64,000 nucleotides of DNA from the NCBI GenBank assembly GCA_965140585.1, contig OZ223269.1, forward strand, positions 832,001-896,000, in the 5' to 3' direction. The position numbers were made by a program, and so were the translations under genes. Under the pieces are notes generated by a model, which saw only the letters and a list, made by a program, of their open reading frames with translations, was not told the origin of the DNA and searched no databases. Below are positions 44,242-53,994 of this stretch, one piece after another. The stretch is from Spirochaetia bacterium. GTDB taxonomy: Bacteria; Spirochaetota; Spirochaetia; UBA9216. The stretch's first letter is position 1. Each line of letters opens with the position of its first letter.

Positions 44242-44874
44242 TTAGAAGTGATACGACCCGGAAATTCCAAGTTCAAGAAAATTAGCGATACGACTCTGGT
44301 CCTTAAATTCATCTGAATAATATATTTCCGGAATAAACCAGTACTCGGCATTCAATCCAATTGCCCATTCCTCATTGATATTCCATAGGGCTCCGATTCC
44401 GGGTTTAATCACCGGAGTCATAGTGAAATAATCACCAAGTGTATTAAATGACATGCCAATATTCAAATGTATGGGCACCTCTATGGGGTAGAACATGAAA
44501 TAATAGGCTGCAGTAAAAGAAATTGGAACCATTGTTAGAACTCTATTCGGGGTTGCGGCAAACATACCGCTTAATTCTCCGCCGAGCATTAGATTATCCA
44601 TGACAAAAGCACCGAACTCAAGACTGCCGGTAAGTCCTATCGAAGTTTCACCGATATCCGGATTTATTGCACTTGTTCCTTCAGCAGCGAAGGGGGCAAT
44701 TGTGAATAGGGGAAAAATTGCACCGGCATTTATATTAAAAACCTGTTCACCGGTTGAATAAGCTGATTTTCCAATATAATCATCAGTAACTTCCTCTTCG
44801 GATGTTTGAGCTGTAAGTGGAAAAACCGTAATAATCATAGCAGTAAGTAAGATTGGAAATAATTTTTTTTTCAA
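44242..44874 (-). CDS. Small outer-membrane beta-barrel (OmpW/OprG-like, TP0733 family)
   Basis: Signal peptide, about 8 amphipathic strands, C-terminal beta-signal GISGSYHF. Confidence 0.8.
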   Translation of the reverse strand: MKKKLFPILLTAMIITVFPLTAQTSEEEVTDDYIGKSAYSTGEQVFNINAGAIFPLFTIAPFAAEGTSAINPDIGETSIGLTGSLEFGAFVMDNLMLGGELSGMFAATPNRVLTMVPISFTAAYYFMFYPIEVPIHLNIGMSFNTLGDYFTMTPVIKPGIGALWNINEEWAIGLNAEYWFIPEIYYSDEFKDQSRIANFLELGISGSYHF

Positions 44875-44905
44875 AGTATATCCTCAATAGATAATAATCA
44901 TCGAA

Positions 44906-44934
44906 ATAGTATCACCACAAATGTCTTTTTTCAA
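44906..44934 (-). promoter_or_regulatory. Putative sigma70 promoter for the OMP-lipoprotein operon
   Basis: Minus strand TTGAAA-17nt-TACTAT with TG extension; GAGG RBS. Confidence 0.6.
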
Positions 44935-44992
44935 GGATATGTTGAAACTATGACTGTTTGTATGGTAAAAGTTTTACATACGGAGGTCTACC

Positions 44993-45682
44993 ATGGCATT
45001 AAACATAGTTGCGGATATTGATGATAAAGTATCAATTAACAATGTACTTATCAGCGTATCTGATAAAACAGGACTGGAGGACCTTGTAAGGGGACTTATA
45101 GACATCAATCCGGTAGTTAAGATATATTCGACAGGCGGAACTTACAGTAAAATAGCCGATCTTCTGGGTGATGAAGCTGTAAATAATCTTGTTTCAGTGA
45201 GTGATTACACTGGTCAGCCTGAAATGCAGGGTGGTTTAGTCAAAACCCTTGATTTCAAAATTTATCTGGGACTGCTCAGTGAAACATATAATGAAGCTCA
45301 TAAAGCTGATCTTGCAAGAACAGGTGCGGTTGCGTTTGATATGGTTGTAGTAAATCTTTATCCCTTCAGTGAAACTGTTAAAAAAGAAGGTATAACAGCG
45401 GAGAATGCCAGGACTAACATTGATATAGGCGGTCCATGTATGCTGAGAGCTTCTGCAAAAAACTATCTAAGAGTAGCTTCTGTCTGCAACCCTGCTGATT
45501 ATGAAAATATTATCAGTGAAATGAAATCAAATGACGGTAAATTATCATTGGAATTCCGTTTAGAACTTGCAAAAAAAACTTTCAGTCATACTGCGGAATA
45601 TGACAATCAGATAAGCAGTTTTCTTTTGAGTAAAACTTATGATTCAATCGAATCTGTATACAGTTTCAAGGGAGGCAGATAA
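44993..45682 (+). CDS. purH: IMP cyclohydrolase (stand-alone PurH N-terminal, MGS-like domain)
   Basis: LISVSDKTGL, STGGT, TGQPEMQGGLVKTL, VVNLYPF, IDIGGP. Confidence 0.9.
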   Translation: MALNIVADIDDKVSINNVLISVSDKTGLEDLVRGLIDINPVVKIYSTGGTYSKIADLLGDEAVNNLVSVSDYTGQPEMQGGLVKTLDFKIYLGLLSETYNEAHKADLARTGAVAFDMVVVNLYPFSETVKKEGITAENARTNIDIGGPCMLRASAKNYLRVASVCNPADYENIISEMKSNDGKLSLEFRLELAKKTFSHTAEYDNQISSFLLSKTYDSIESVYSFKGGR

Positions 45683-46935
45683 TGGCTAAGGAAAAACTTT
45701 CATCAATCTACAAAAGAATCAGGAAAGATTTATTTCCTGATAATATGGAAATCAGTTTTTATAATAATGATGCAGACCGCCAGTCACTTAAATATGAAAA
45801 GGTTTACTGGGACATAGACGGCGATAAGCAGGGGCTGAGATACGGAGAGAATCCTGATCAGGAGGCTGCTCTTTATCGTCTTGTAAACGGAAACCTTGTT
45901 CTTGGCGAAGTAAGTTCAATAATGCCTGGAAAATATCTTGCATCCGATATCGAGCTTCTTCAGTCTGGAAAACATCCTGGTAAAACTAATATCACCGATG
46001 CAGACAACTCCCTTAACATTCTTAGATATTTCAATGATTACCCTGTTACTGTTATTGTAAAACATAATAATCCATGCGGTGTAGCCAGAGGTAAAACTCT
46101 TGCCGAATCGTACCATAAGGCTCTTATGGCAGACCGTATAGCTGCCTTCGGCGGTGCTGTAGCTGTAAATAAACCGCTTGATATGGAAACAGCAAAACTG
46201 ATTACCGAGAGTTACCTTGAAGTTGTTGTAGCTCCTGAATTTGAAGATGGTACACTTGAGTTGCTTGCTGCAAAGAAAAATCTTAGAGTAATGAAAATCG
46301 GTAATATGTCAAAACTGCATGATTTTGTAGGTGAACAGTTTGTAGATTTTAAATCACTGATTGACGGCGGACTTGTTGCGCAGTGGTCTTTTGTTCCCAA
46401 GGCTGAAAAGGAAACTCTTCTTCCTGCTGAAACTGTTTACAGGGATAAAGAATACAAGGTTCTTAGAGAGCCTACATCGCAGGAACTGGACGATATGCTT
46501 TTCGGGTGGCTTATCGAGAGCGGGATAACAAGTAATTCTGTAATCTATGTCAAAGACGGAGTTACAGTTGGTATCGGGACAGGTGAACAGGATAGAGTAG
46601 GTGTTGCCGAAATAGCACGGGATAAAGCATACAGGAAATTTGCAGATAGAATATGTTTTGAAAAACACGGACAGCCGCTTGCGGTAATGACAGATAAAGA
46701 TATTTTAGATGCAGTTCAGTCTGAAACTGCTGAGAAAAAAGGCGGACTGCCGGGAAGTGCGATGATTTCAGATGCTTTCTTTCCTTTCAGAGACGGAATA
46801 GAGGTCGGCCTGAAGGAAGGCATCAGCTCTGTCATTCAGCCCGGAGGCTCATTAAGAGATTTCGAGAGTATTGAAGCCTGTAATGAATATAATGCGGCTA
46901 TGGTATTTACCGGACAGCGGAGTTTCAAGCATTGA
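45682..46935 (+). CDS. purH: AICAR transformylase (stand-alone PurH C-terminal domain)
   Basis: LRYGENPDQ, VKHNNPCG, AFGGAVA, SDAFFPFRDG, IQPGGSLRD, FTGQRSFKH. Confidence 0.92.
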   Translation: MAKEKLSSIYKRIRKDLFPDNMEISFYNNDADRQSLKYEKVYWDIDGDKQGLRYGENPDQEAALYRLVNGNLVLGEVSSIMPGKYLASDIELLQSGKHPGKTNITDADNSLNILRYFNDYPVTVIVKHNNPCGVARGKTLAESYHKALMADRIAAFGGAVAVNKPLDMETAKLITESYLEVVVAPEFEDGTLELLAAKKNLRVMKIGNMSKLHDFVGEQFVDFKSLIDGGLVAQWSFVPKAEKETLLPAETVYRDKEYKVLREPTSQELDDMLFGWLIESGITSNSVIYVKDGVTVGIGTGEQDRVGVAEIARDKAYRKFADRICFEKHGQPLAVMTDKDILDAVQSETAEKKGGLPGSAMISDAFFPFRDGIEVGLKEGISSVIQPGGSLRDFESIEACNEYNAAMVFTGQRSFKH

Positions 46936-48923
46936 TTTTTGCTAAGTTAAAAGATCTCATTAGTTTAAAGAATATTTTAATACTGATTTTACTCATTACG
47001 CTAGTTATTACACTATCTGTCATGAATACAAGACTGCATAAACTCAGTCATGAGCTTAGCAGCCGCAATGATGCATTTATGGCTGAGATTTCCGAAGACC
47101 GGGAAACGTTGAATTATTTATCCAATGTCAGCGGTATGCTTGTTTCGGATTTGACAAGTACACGTGAAGCTAACGGTCTGCCGGTTAGAGTTTATCCGGA
47201 TAGAATCTCAGAAATTTCCGGTACTGTATCTGAAGGTTCGGCTTCTAATGAGTTTCTGCTGGCCATCGATGCCTTTTTTAATGCTGAAAACAACTATAAG
47301 CTGTCGGTTCAGCTAGGAAAAATTATTACTGATACTGACTTTAATAATTCATTAAGTAATGAAGGCATAAGTCTGCGGAAGACCGGAAATGATACCGGTG
47401 GATTCTTTAAAAATGGCTTTCAGATTGCTGAAATTAGAGCAGGAACTGAAGTCTATACAATCAGCGACTTTGAAGACAGAAGGCTTGATATCACATCAGC
47501 ATCAAGAGAGGCTGTATCTTTTATCAGAGAAGCGGCTGTCAAATATGAAAAAAGATTGCTTGTACAGGCCGAGATGGCAGCTATCCTTTCAGAATCGTCG
47601 GTTTCAGATATCATAGTTCAATTCTGCAGAGAACACGGCATTAGAATATCAATTAACGATGAAAAAGATACGGTTTTGGTTTTTTCTAACAAAAATAACT
47701 CAAATACTCTGCGTGCAGAACTTACACCCGTGACAGACGAGCCGGGTTTTCTTATTAACAGCAGGTATTATTCTGAGGACTTAGATATATCAAAAAGCAT
47801 CCTGAGCGAATTGCAGAGGCTTGATCTTCGTTCAGCTGAAGAAGTTCTGATTCAGAATGCACGAAAAAAAATTGAAGATTTGCAGAATGATTCACTTTTT
47901 CAAAGTTATCTCGAATCCCTTGAATTAACACTTAACTTCACTCCCAGAGAAGACAATGATTACTATTATTATGATCTGCTAAAAGAAGACGGCAACAAAC
48001 TCGGTTCTTTTTCAGTTTTAAAAAAGCTCGGTGAGATATACCTTGTAGATGCGGATGAAGTTCCAATTTCATCCCTGAAAACCGTAAGTATCAAATCGGA
48101 GCTTAAGGCAGAATCAAAAAAAAACTTTATAATCCCTGAAAATATAAGCAGTGTAAATGATATATACTCCAGCCGGGATTCAATAACATGTCTTTTAGTT
48201 GGTATGCATGAGAAAAATACCGATACAATGATTGTTGTACATGCTGATAAAAGCAGCGGAAAAGCCTATCTTATCGGAATACCCAGAGACCTTTACTGGA
48301 AGGGCCGGAGGGTGAACAGTATTTACCAGTATTACGGCCCCGTGCAGTTAAAAAAAGAATTATCAACAATTACAGGGCTCGACATATCTAAGTATGTAAT
48401 AGTTGATATGTATGCTTTTATAGATATTGTAAACATTCTAGGCGGCATTGATATAACTCTAAATGAAGATCTTATCGATCCTACTTACCGGATACGTGAG
48501 AACGGTGAATGGTCAACTCTGAATTATAAAGCCGGCGATTATAGTCTGAATGGAGTCGAAGCTCTGAGGGTTGCAAGATCAAGACACGGATCCAACGATT
48601 TTAACCGTTCAGAAAGACAGCAGATGATAATTGAAGGAGCTATAAATAAATTTCAGCAGCTTCGGGTTACTGATGCAGCAAAGGTTTACAGTCTTATAAA
48701 CGCTTTTTTCGATTATGTTGATACCGATTTCAGTCCCGTTGAGTTTCTGAGTCTCTACAGCAATTTTGGTGATTCTCAACTGGCTGGCAAGCATGTTTTA
48801 AGTTTTGATAATATCCTGTATGATACATACAGCTCCGAAGGAGCCTGGATACTGCTGCCTGAGAATGATGACTGGAATGTCATAAGGTGGTATGTCAGAA
48901 AGATCATACAGGGAGAAATATAG
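46932..48923 (+). CDS. LCP (LytR-CpsA-Psr) family protein with long N-terminal extension
   Basis: N-terminal TM; C-terminal TDTMIVVH, IPRDLY, LNGVEALRVARSRH, DFNRSERQQ. Confidence 0.85.
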   Translation: MIFAKLKDLISLKNILILILLITLVITLSVMNTRLHKLSHELSSRNDAFMAEISEDRETLNYLSNVSGMLVSDLTSTREANGLPVRVYPDRISEISGTVSEGSASNEFLLAIDAFFNAENNYKLSVQLGKIITDTDFNNSLSNEGISLRKTGNDTGGFFKNGFQIAEIRAGTEVYTISDFEDRRLDITSASREAVSFIREAAVKYEKRLLVQAEMAAILSESSVSDIIVQFCREHGIRISINDEKDTVLVFSNKNNSNTLRAELTPVTDEPGFLINSRYYSEDLDISKSILSELQRLDLRSAEEVLIQNARKKIEDLQNDSLFQSYLESLELTLNFTPREDNDYYYYDLLKEDGNKLGSFSVLKKLGEIYLVDADEVPISSLKTVSIKSELKAESKKNFIIPENISSVNDIYSSRDSITCLLVGMHEKNTDTMIVVHADKSSGKAYLIGIPRDLYWKGRRVNSIYQYYGPVQLKKELSTITGLDISKYVIVDMYAFIDIVNILGGIDITLNEDLIDPTYRIRENGEWSTLNYKAGDYSLNGVEALRVARSRHGSNDFNRSERQQMIIEGAINKFQQLRVTDAAKVYSLINAFFDYVDTDFSPVEFLSLYSNFGDSQLAGKHVLSFDNILYDTYSSEGAWILLPENDDWNVIRWYVRKIIQGEI

Positions 48924-48924
48924 C

Positions 48925-50226
48925 TTGTCCCGAAAATTTTTTATTGAGACATACGGCTGTCAGATGAATACAGCCGAAAGCGAAGCTTTAAAAAATGAAC
49001 TTAAAAGCAATGGCTGGACTGAAGCTGAAAATGATAAAGATGCTCAGCTGATAGTTATAAATACATGTTCAGTAAGGCAGTCGGCTGAAAACCGTATCTG
49101 GGGTCGGCTTGGATACTTTAAAAGCCTTTCGGAACAGCATGAATTCAGGCTTGTTGTCATCGGCTGCATGGCTGAGAGGCTGAAAGATGAATTAAAGAAG
49201 AAATTCCCGGTAGTCAGTGACGTTATAGATAATGAACATAAAAACAAGGCTGCCAGAATTCTCTCAGGAACTGATGAAAAAATTTCAGACCTCTCAGATG
49301 ACTACAGTTTCTTTGAAAAGTATGGTAAAGTAAGTTCAACACATGCAATGGTTCCAGTGATGAACGGATGTGATAACTTCTGTTCCTACTGTATTGTTCC
49401 TTATGTACGCGGCCGTGAGACATCACGAAATGATGATGAGATAATTAAAGAAATTTTACAGCTGACCGCAGAAGGTGTAAGTGAAATAACTTTGTTAGGT
49501 CAGAATGTGAATTCGTTCAGATATAAAAAGAATGACCTTGTTATAAATTTTTCATCTTTAATCAGGCGTCTCCTCAGAGAAACTGATGTAAAATGGCTTC
49601 GTTTTACCAGTTCAAATCCGCAGGACTTCACCGACGAACTGATTGATCTTTACTCTTCCGAGGAACGCCTCTGCAAGTATCTGCATCTTCCTGCGCAACA
49701 TGGATCTGATAATGTTTTAAAAAAGATGAACAGAAAATATACTGTAGAGGAATACCGTACAATTATTAAAAAACTGCGATCCAGAATTTCTGATTTGTCC
49801 CTCAGTACAGATATTATGGTCGGCTTTCCTGGCGAAACTGAAGAAGATTTCAATAATCTGAAAGATTTTATGAAGGAAATGTGTTTTGAGGATGCCTTCA
49901 CATATTACTATAATCCGCGTGAAGGTACTGCTGCATATAAAATGAATGATGATGTTCCCCAGGATATTAAATCACAAAGACTAAGTGAAATTATAGAGAT
50001 TCACAGAAATCTTTCTGCAGAACTGAAATTAAAAAGGATAGGGCAGAAAACAACGGCAGTAGTTGAATCAATATCGAAAAAAGATAACAAGAAGCTACTT
50101 GGACGCACCGATAAAAATAGTATGATTGTATTTCCGGGAGGAGTTGACTTATTGAACAGATATGTTAACTTAAGCATTGACGGATTGAAAGGAAGTACAT
50201 ATACCGGAGGTTTAATAGATGTTTAA
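48925..50226 (+). CDS. miaB: tRNA-2-methylthio-N6-dimethylallyladenosine synthase
   Basis: TYGCQMN, NTCSVR, GCMAE, GCDNFCSYC, HLPAQHG, TRAM-like end; TTG 48925 follows a GGGAG RBS. Confidence 0.93.
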   Translation: MSRKFFIETYGCQMNTAESEALKNELKSNGWTEAENDKDAQLIVINTCSVRQSAENRIWGRLGYFKSLSEQHEFRLVVIGCMAERLKDELKKKFPVVSDVIDNEHKNKAARILSGTDEKISDLSDDYSFFEKYGKVSSTHAMVPVMNGCDNFCSYCIVPYVRGRETSRNDDEIIKEILQLTAEGVSEITLLGQNVNSFRYKKNDLVINFSSLIRRLLRETDVKWLRFTSSNPQDFTDELIDLYSSEERLCKYLHLPAQHGSDNVLKKMNRKYTVEEYRTIIKKLRSRISDLSLSTDIMVGFPGETEEDFNNLKDFMKEMCFEDAFTYYYNPREGTAAYKMNDDVPQDIKSQRLSEIIEIHRNLSAELKLKRIGQKTTAVVESISKKDNKKLLGRTDKNSMIVFPGGVDLLNRYVNLSIDGLKGSTYTGGLIDV

Positions 50227-50509
50227 ACTGGTGTTTTTTCTTGTCGGACTTGGTATCGCACTTATTATCTCTGCACTGAATCTTGGAAATATGTCTGACA
50301 TATCGCTTGGTTTTGTGAAATTTACTGATGTGCCTGTTTTTTTAAGTATTTTTACCGCATTTCTTGCAGGAGCTGTATTTACACTTCCGTTTGCATTTCA
50401 TGTGAGTATGAAGCATAGAAAAGAGGTAAGCAAAAAAAAGAAAAAAGTTGAATATATAGAAGATGAAATTATCCCGGAACCAGTTAACCCTGTTGAAAAA
50501 GAATTATAA
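50219..50509 (+). CDS. LapA/DUF1049-like small membrane protein
   Basis: Two TMs, ISLGF..VPVFLSIFTAFLAG, basic tail. Confidence 0.7.
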   Translation: MFKLVFFLVGLGIALIISALNLGNMSDISLGFVKFTDVPVFLSIFTAFLAGAVFTLPFAFHVSMKHRKEVSKKKKKVEYIEDEIIPEPVNPVEKEL

Positions 50510-51455
50510 ATTATCTCTGATATTTTTTATTTTTCTCTTTTTTGCATTCAATATCTATCCTGATGATACTCTGAAAGTAAGTGAAGCTCAGGTTGATGAG
50601 GTTCTTTCAGGCCTTTTTGAGAACAGCGCAAATCTAAGTGAAACTGAACTTTATCAAAAATATCTTGAAGCTGGTTATATCAGCGAAAGTTCAGGAAATC
50701 TCACAAAGGCGGCTTCTTATTTTGAACAGGCTTCTCTGGCTGTTAGTGGAAATAAAGACTATGAAGCCCTTTATAAAAGTGCGGTATTAAATACTGAAAT
50801 AGCCGATTATCCTAAATCTGAATCACAGCTTAAAATCATCATGAATTTTACAGATAATCTAAATCTTGTTCAAAAGTGTAGAACATTGTTATCAAGGATT
50901 TATTTTCTGAAAGGTGAAGATTCAGATTCAATAGATTTAATTGAGGACGTATTTTCCAGAGACCACATCCCATTTGAAGCCGTTTTCTGGCTTGAAGAGC
51001 TCTCAAAAGCGGCAGATAGCAATCTTGATAAGATTAATGGAATAATCAGCAGAAATAAAGATAAAATTGCAGGCATAGCCGAACTTGTTAATTTTTCAGA
51101 TTTTCCAAGTCCTGAAAGGCTGCTTGGATTTTTCAGACAAAATTCTGAAGAAGAGTTTATAACTGTTTCAAACCAGACAGAGAAAGAAGAAGATTTAATT
51201 GAATCTGATAACGAATCTGCTGTTGATAATAAAGCTACAATTTCAATTCAGCTCGGCTCATTCAGCGTTAAAAAGAATGCGGATGAACTGCTTAAAAAAC
51301 TGGCTGCTGAAGGTTATAATGTAAAACTGTCTAAAAAAACAGTAAACAGCAGAATATATCATGTCGTACTGATGCCGGATATCCCTGCAGATAAACTGCA
51401 GGATATGATAATTAGATTAAAAGAAAACGGGTATGAGGCTTATCCGGTTTATTGA
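50493..51455 (+). CDS. SPOR-domain protein with TPR-like N-terminus
   Basis: Signal-like N-terminus from TTG 50493; C-terminal IQLGSFSVKKNA SPOR motif. Confidence 0.85.
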   Translation: MKKNYKLSLIFFIFLFFAFNIYPDDTLKVSEAQVDEVLSGLFENSANLSETELYQKYLEAGYISESSGNLTKAASYFEQASLAVSGNKDYEALYKSAVLNTEIADYPKSESQLKIIMNFTDNLNLVQKCRTLLSRIYFLKGEDSDSIDLIEDVFSRDHIPFEAVFWLEELSKAADSNLDKINGIISRNKDKIAGIAELVNFSDFPSPERLLGFFRQNSEEEFITVSNQTEKEEDLIESDNESAVDNKATISIQLGSFSVKKNADELLKKLAAEGYNVKLSKKTVNSRIYHVVLMPDIPADKLQDMIIRLKENGYEAYPVY

Positions 51456-52997
51456 TTAGTCATTCTCGGATGACATATCCAGAGTTTCAGTCTGTGTAAA
51501 GCGGTAATATTCGGTATCAGAAGGTTTGAAGCCATATATGCTTAACTCTCCCGGCACCATAACAAGTGTACGCTCGATAATTCTGTTTTTATTTTCTTCT
51601 GAAAAATCAATAGAAAAGGCTCTTGTATCAACTTCAATACCTGAATTATCAACAATTTTCAAACTTAAAACAGGCGTATCTGCTGAGTAAACCGCGTATC
51701 CGCCGGAAATCTCTTCAAAGCTGTTTTTCATGTGGAAGGATGTTCCGTAAAATTCGATGATATCTCCGGCATCACTTATATACTGCCCATTAAGCTCCGG
51801 TAATTCTATTGCCTCTGAAGCCTTTCGGAGGGTCTTGATGGTATCAAATTTTTCACGTTCTCCCATACGGTAGTAATTATCTGTCCAGACATCATTAGGT
51901 GAAATAACCCTGGTCTGATTGTCAATATCCTTGACTGTTAAACGTATCTCATCAAGGTTAACAATCCGGACATAAACTTCAATTTCTATATAATTTATTA
52001 TTTCATTCTGAGCACGTATATACAGAAGATTACTCAATACCTTGTACGAATTAGTCCATTTAAAGTTTTCCTGTATTCGGTCACTGTAAAATGTAATAGT
52101 CTCGGCTTTCGGGTCCATAAATACAATTATACTATTGTTTCCAGAGGACGAATTTTCGGTAAACCACGGTCCGTTTATATAACCGTAGAAATTTTCATCC
52201 GGGCCGCTGTAAATGTCTGCAAGCTGTTTTTCTTCTATGGTTGTATACTCAAGTTCTTCTTCTTTAAGCTTAATATATTTTTTCAGCGGGAAATCCCAGA
52301 AATAAATAGACTGAATAAGATTTATTTTTCCGTCGTTGCCTGATTTTTCAGTGGATGCAGAAATTGTATAGCTAACACCGTCTTTCTGGCCTGATTCGTA
52401 AGCCATGCTGCGTTTAACCGGAATAATCTCAATTGCTCCTGGCTGTTTAAGACTGAAAATAGAAGAATAATTAAGTCCGCTGCCACTGCTCTCATTATTT
52501 TTCCAAAATACATCGAGCGTTGTGTTTCCTTCTGAATCCCTTCCTGAACATACAATCTGATTTGAATGATCTCCGATTAAATCCTCCAGATAAACATGGA
52601 ATGACCTTCCGCTTGTTGCGGATGTAGTACCTTCCCAGGCTCTGACATAATCACCTTTGACATTATCATAATCTGCTACAGCTATATAAATTTCAAGCGC
52701 CGGATTCTGCCGGTTTTTAAGTACAATAATCTGCTCATCCGATGTATCAAGATCCAGATTGAGGTTAATAGTACTTAAAACAGTTTCATCGCCTTTGATA
52801 ACAATATTTGGTTTTGTTTCCTGAATACTGAAGCTGTCTTCATACTTATCATCATCTGAAATATTATCTTCATCAGGGGCAGGGGTAAGTTGAGTAACAC
52901 TTTCGGGTCTTTCGTAAACCTCGGAAGCTCTGTTACAGGAATATAAAGTGCTTAAAAGCATTATTACTAAAAAAACCAGTATATTTTTCTTTATCAT
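51456..52997 (-). CDS. Pallilysin (TP0751)-related adhesin-like lipoprotein
   Basis: Lipoprotein signal LSTLYS-C; NLDLDTSDEQI, EDLIGDH motifs; position between SPOR and VWA genes as recalled for Treponema. Confidence 0.7.
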   Translation of the reverse strand: MIKKNILVFLVIMLLSTLYSCNRASEVYERPESVTQLTPAPDEDNISDDDKYEDSFSIQETKPNIVIKGDETVLSTINLNLDLDTSDEQIIVLKNRQNPALEIYIAVADYDNVKGDYVRAWEGTTSATSGRSFHVYLEDLIGDHSNQIVCSGRDSEGNTTLDVFWKNNESSGSGLNYSSIFSLKQPGAIEIIPVKRSMAYESGQKDGVSYTISASTEKSGNDGKINLIQSIYFWDFPLKKYIKLKEEELEYTTIEEKQLADIYSGPDENFYGYINGPWFTENSSSGNNSIIVFMDPKAETITFYSDRIQENFKWTNSYKVLSNLLYIRAQNEIINYIEIEVYVRIVNLDEIRLTVKDIDNQTRVISPNDVWTDNYYRMGEREKFDTIKTLRKASEAIELPELNGQYISDAGDIIEFYGTSFHMKNSFEEISGGYAVYSADTPVLSLKIVDNSGIEVDTRAFSIDFSEENKNRIIERTLVMVPGELSIYGFKPSDTEYYRFTQTETLDMSSEND

Positions 52998-53001
52998 AGA
53001 T

Positions 53002-53994
53002 TCACACGAAGTATTTTCTAAGCATTTCTAACACTTTTTTGCGTATCTCTTCAAGTGGGAATTTACTCTTGAATCCTGCTGCTGTTTTATGACCGCCTCC
53101 TCCGAAAACCTGTGCAATAAAAGCAACATCAATATTACCTTTGGAACGAAGCGAACATCTGAGAATCCCCTCAAGATTTTCTTTAAAAAATATTGAAACC
53201 TTGATAGCCTCACTTTTTAAAGGCAGGTTTATCAGGGAGTCGGCCTCTTCATACATGGCACCGCTTTTAATAATGTCATCTTTGAGCATTGTTTGTATAG
53301 CAACATTGTGATCATAAAAGAACTCAAGAGTTGATAAAACTCTTGACTGAAGCATCAACGATGATATCGAATTGCTTTCATATAATTTTGAATATATGAA
53401 ATTAGGGTTAACCCCAAGACTTACACATCTTTCAGCAATAGAAAATGTTTTGGCTGTGGTTTTAGGATAGATAAAAGAACCTGTGTCATACACGATTCCC
53501 AGATAAAGTGCCTGTGCCATTGCAAGTGTAAGTTTCAGGTTCATGGCTTCAAAAAGCTCAAAAAGCATCTCGCATGTGGAAGAGGCTTCATTTTCAATAT
53601 GATTGGCTGATAAAACAGCATCACCGCCTTCATGATGATCAAAAATGAAAAAATCCTTAACTTTCGTGAGGATACAATCCTTTACAGCTCCGATATTATT
53701 AATATCGTTTGTATCAAGAATAATTAGAACCCAGTCTTTTATATCTTCAGGAAGAACGGCCTCATTGTTAAGAAGCTGAACTTCATCATCTGTATCGAGA
53801 AATCGGTATTTTTCTCCCATTGGATCGGCATTGAATATGATTGTTTGTTTACCTAAAGACCTGAGCGCATGACTGGCAGCTATTTCACTGCCTATTGCAT
53901 CTCCGTCTGGAGTTTCATGAGCGGTTAGTATAAATTTACTGTTGCTTTCGATAAAATCAATTATTGCCTGAAATCTCATTGCGTCTTTTTTCAT
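53002..53994 (-). CDS. nrnA: DHH/DHHA1 phosphoesterase (NrnA/Pde2-like)
   Basis: HETPDGDAIGS, FDHH, YDTGSF, CSLRS, GGGGHKTAAG. Confidence 0.9.
   Translation of the reverse strand: MKKDAMRFQAIIDFIESNSKFILTAHETPDGDAIGSEIAASHALRSLGKQTIIFNADPMGEKYRFLDTDDEVQLLNNEAVLPEDIKDWVLIILDTNDINNIGAVKDCILTKVKDFFIFDHHEGGDAVLSANHIENEASSTCEMLFELFEAMNLKLTLAMAQALYLGIVYDTGSFIYPKTTAKTFSIAERCVSLGVNPNFIYSKLYESNSISSLMLQSRVLSTLEFFYDHNVAIQTMLKDDIIKSGAMYEEADSLINLPLKSEAIKVSIFFKENLEGILRCSLRSKGNIDVAFIAQVFGGGGHKTAAGFKSKFPLEEIRKKVLEMLRKYFV

Noticed and set aside
45670-45690. Programmed frameshift or pseudogene at the purH split
   Set aside because: Good RBS, TAATG coupling, no slippery run, both halves intact
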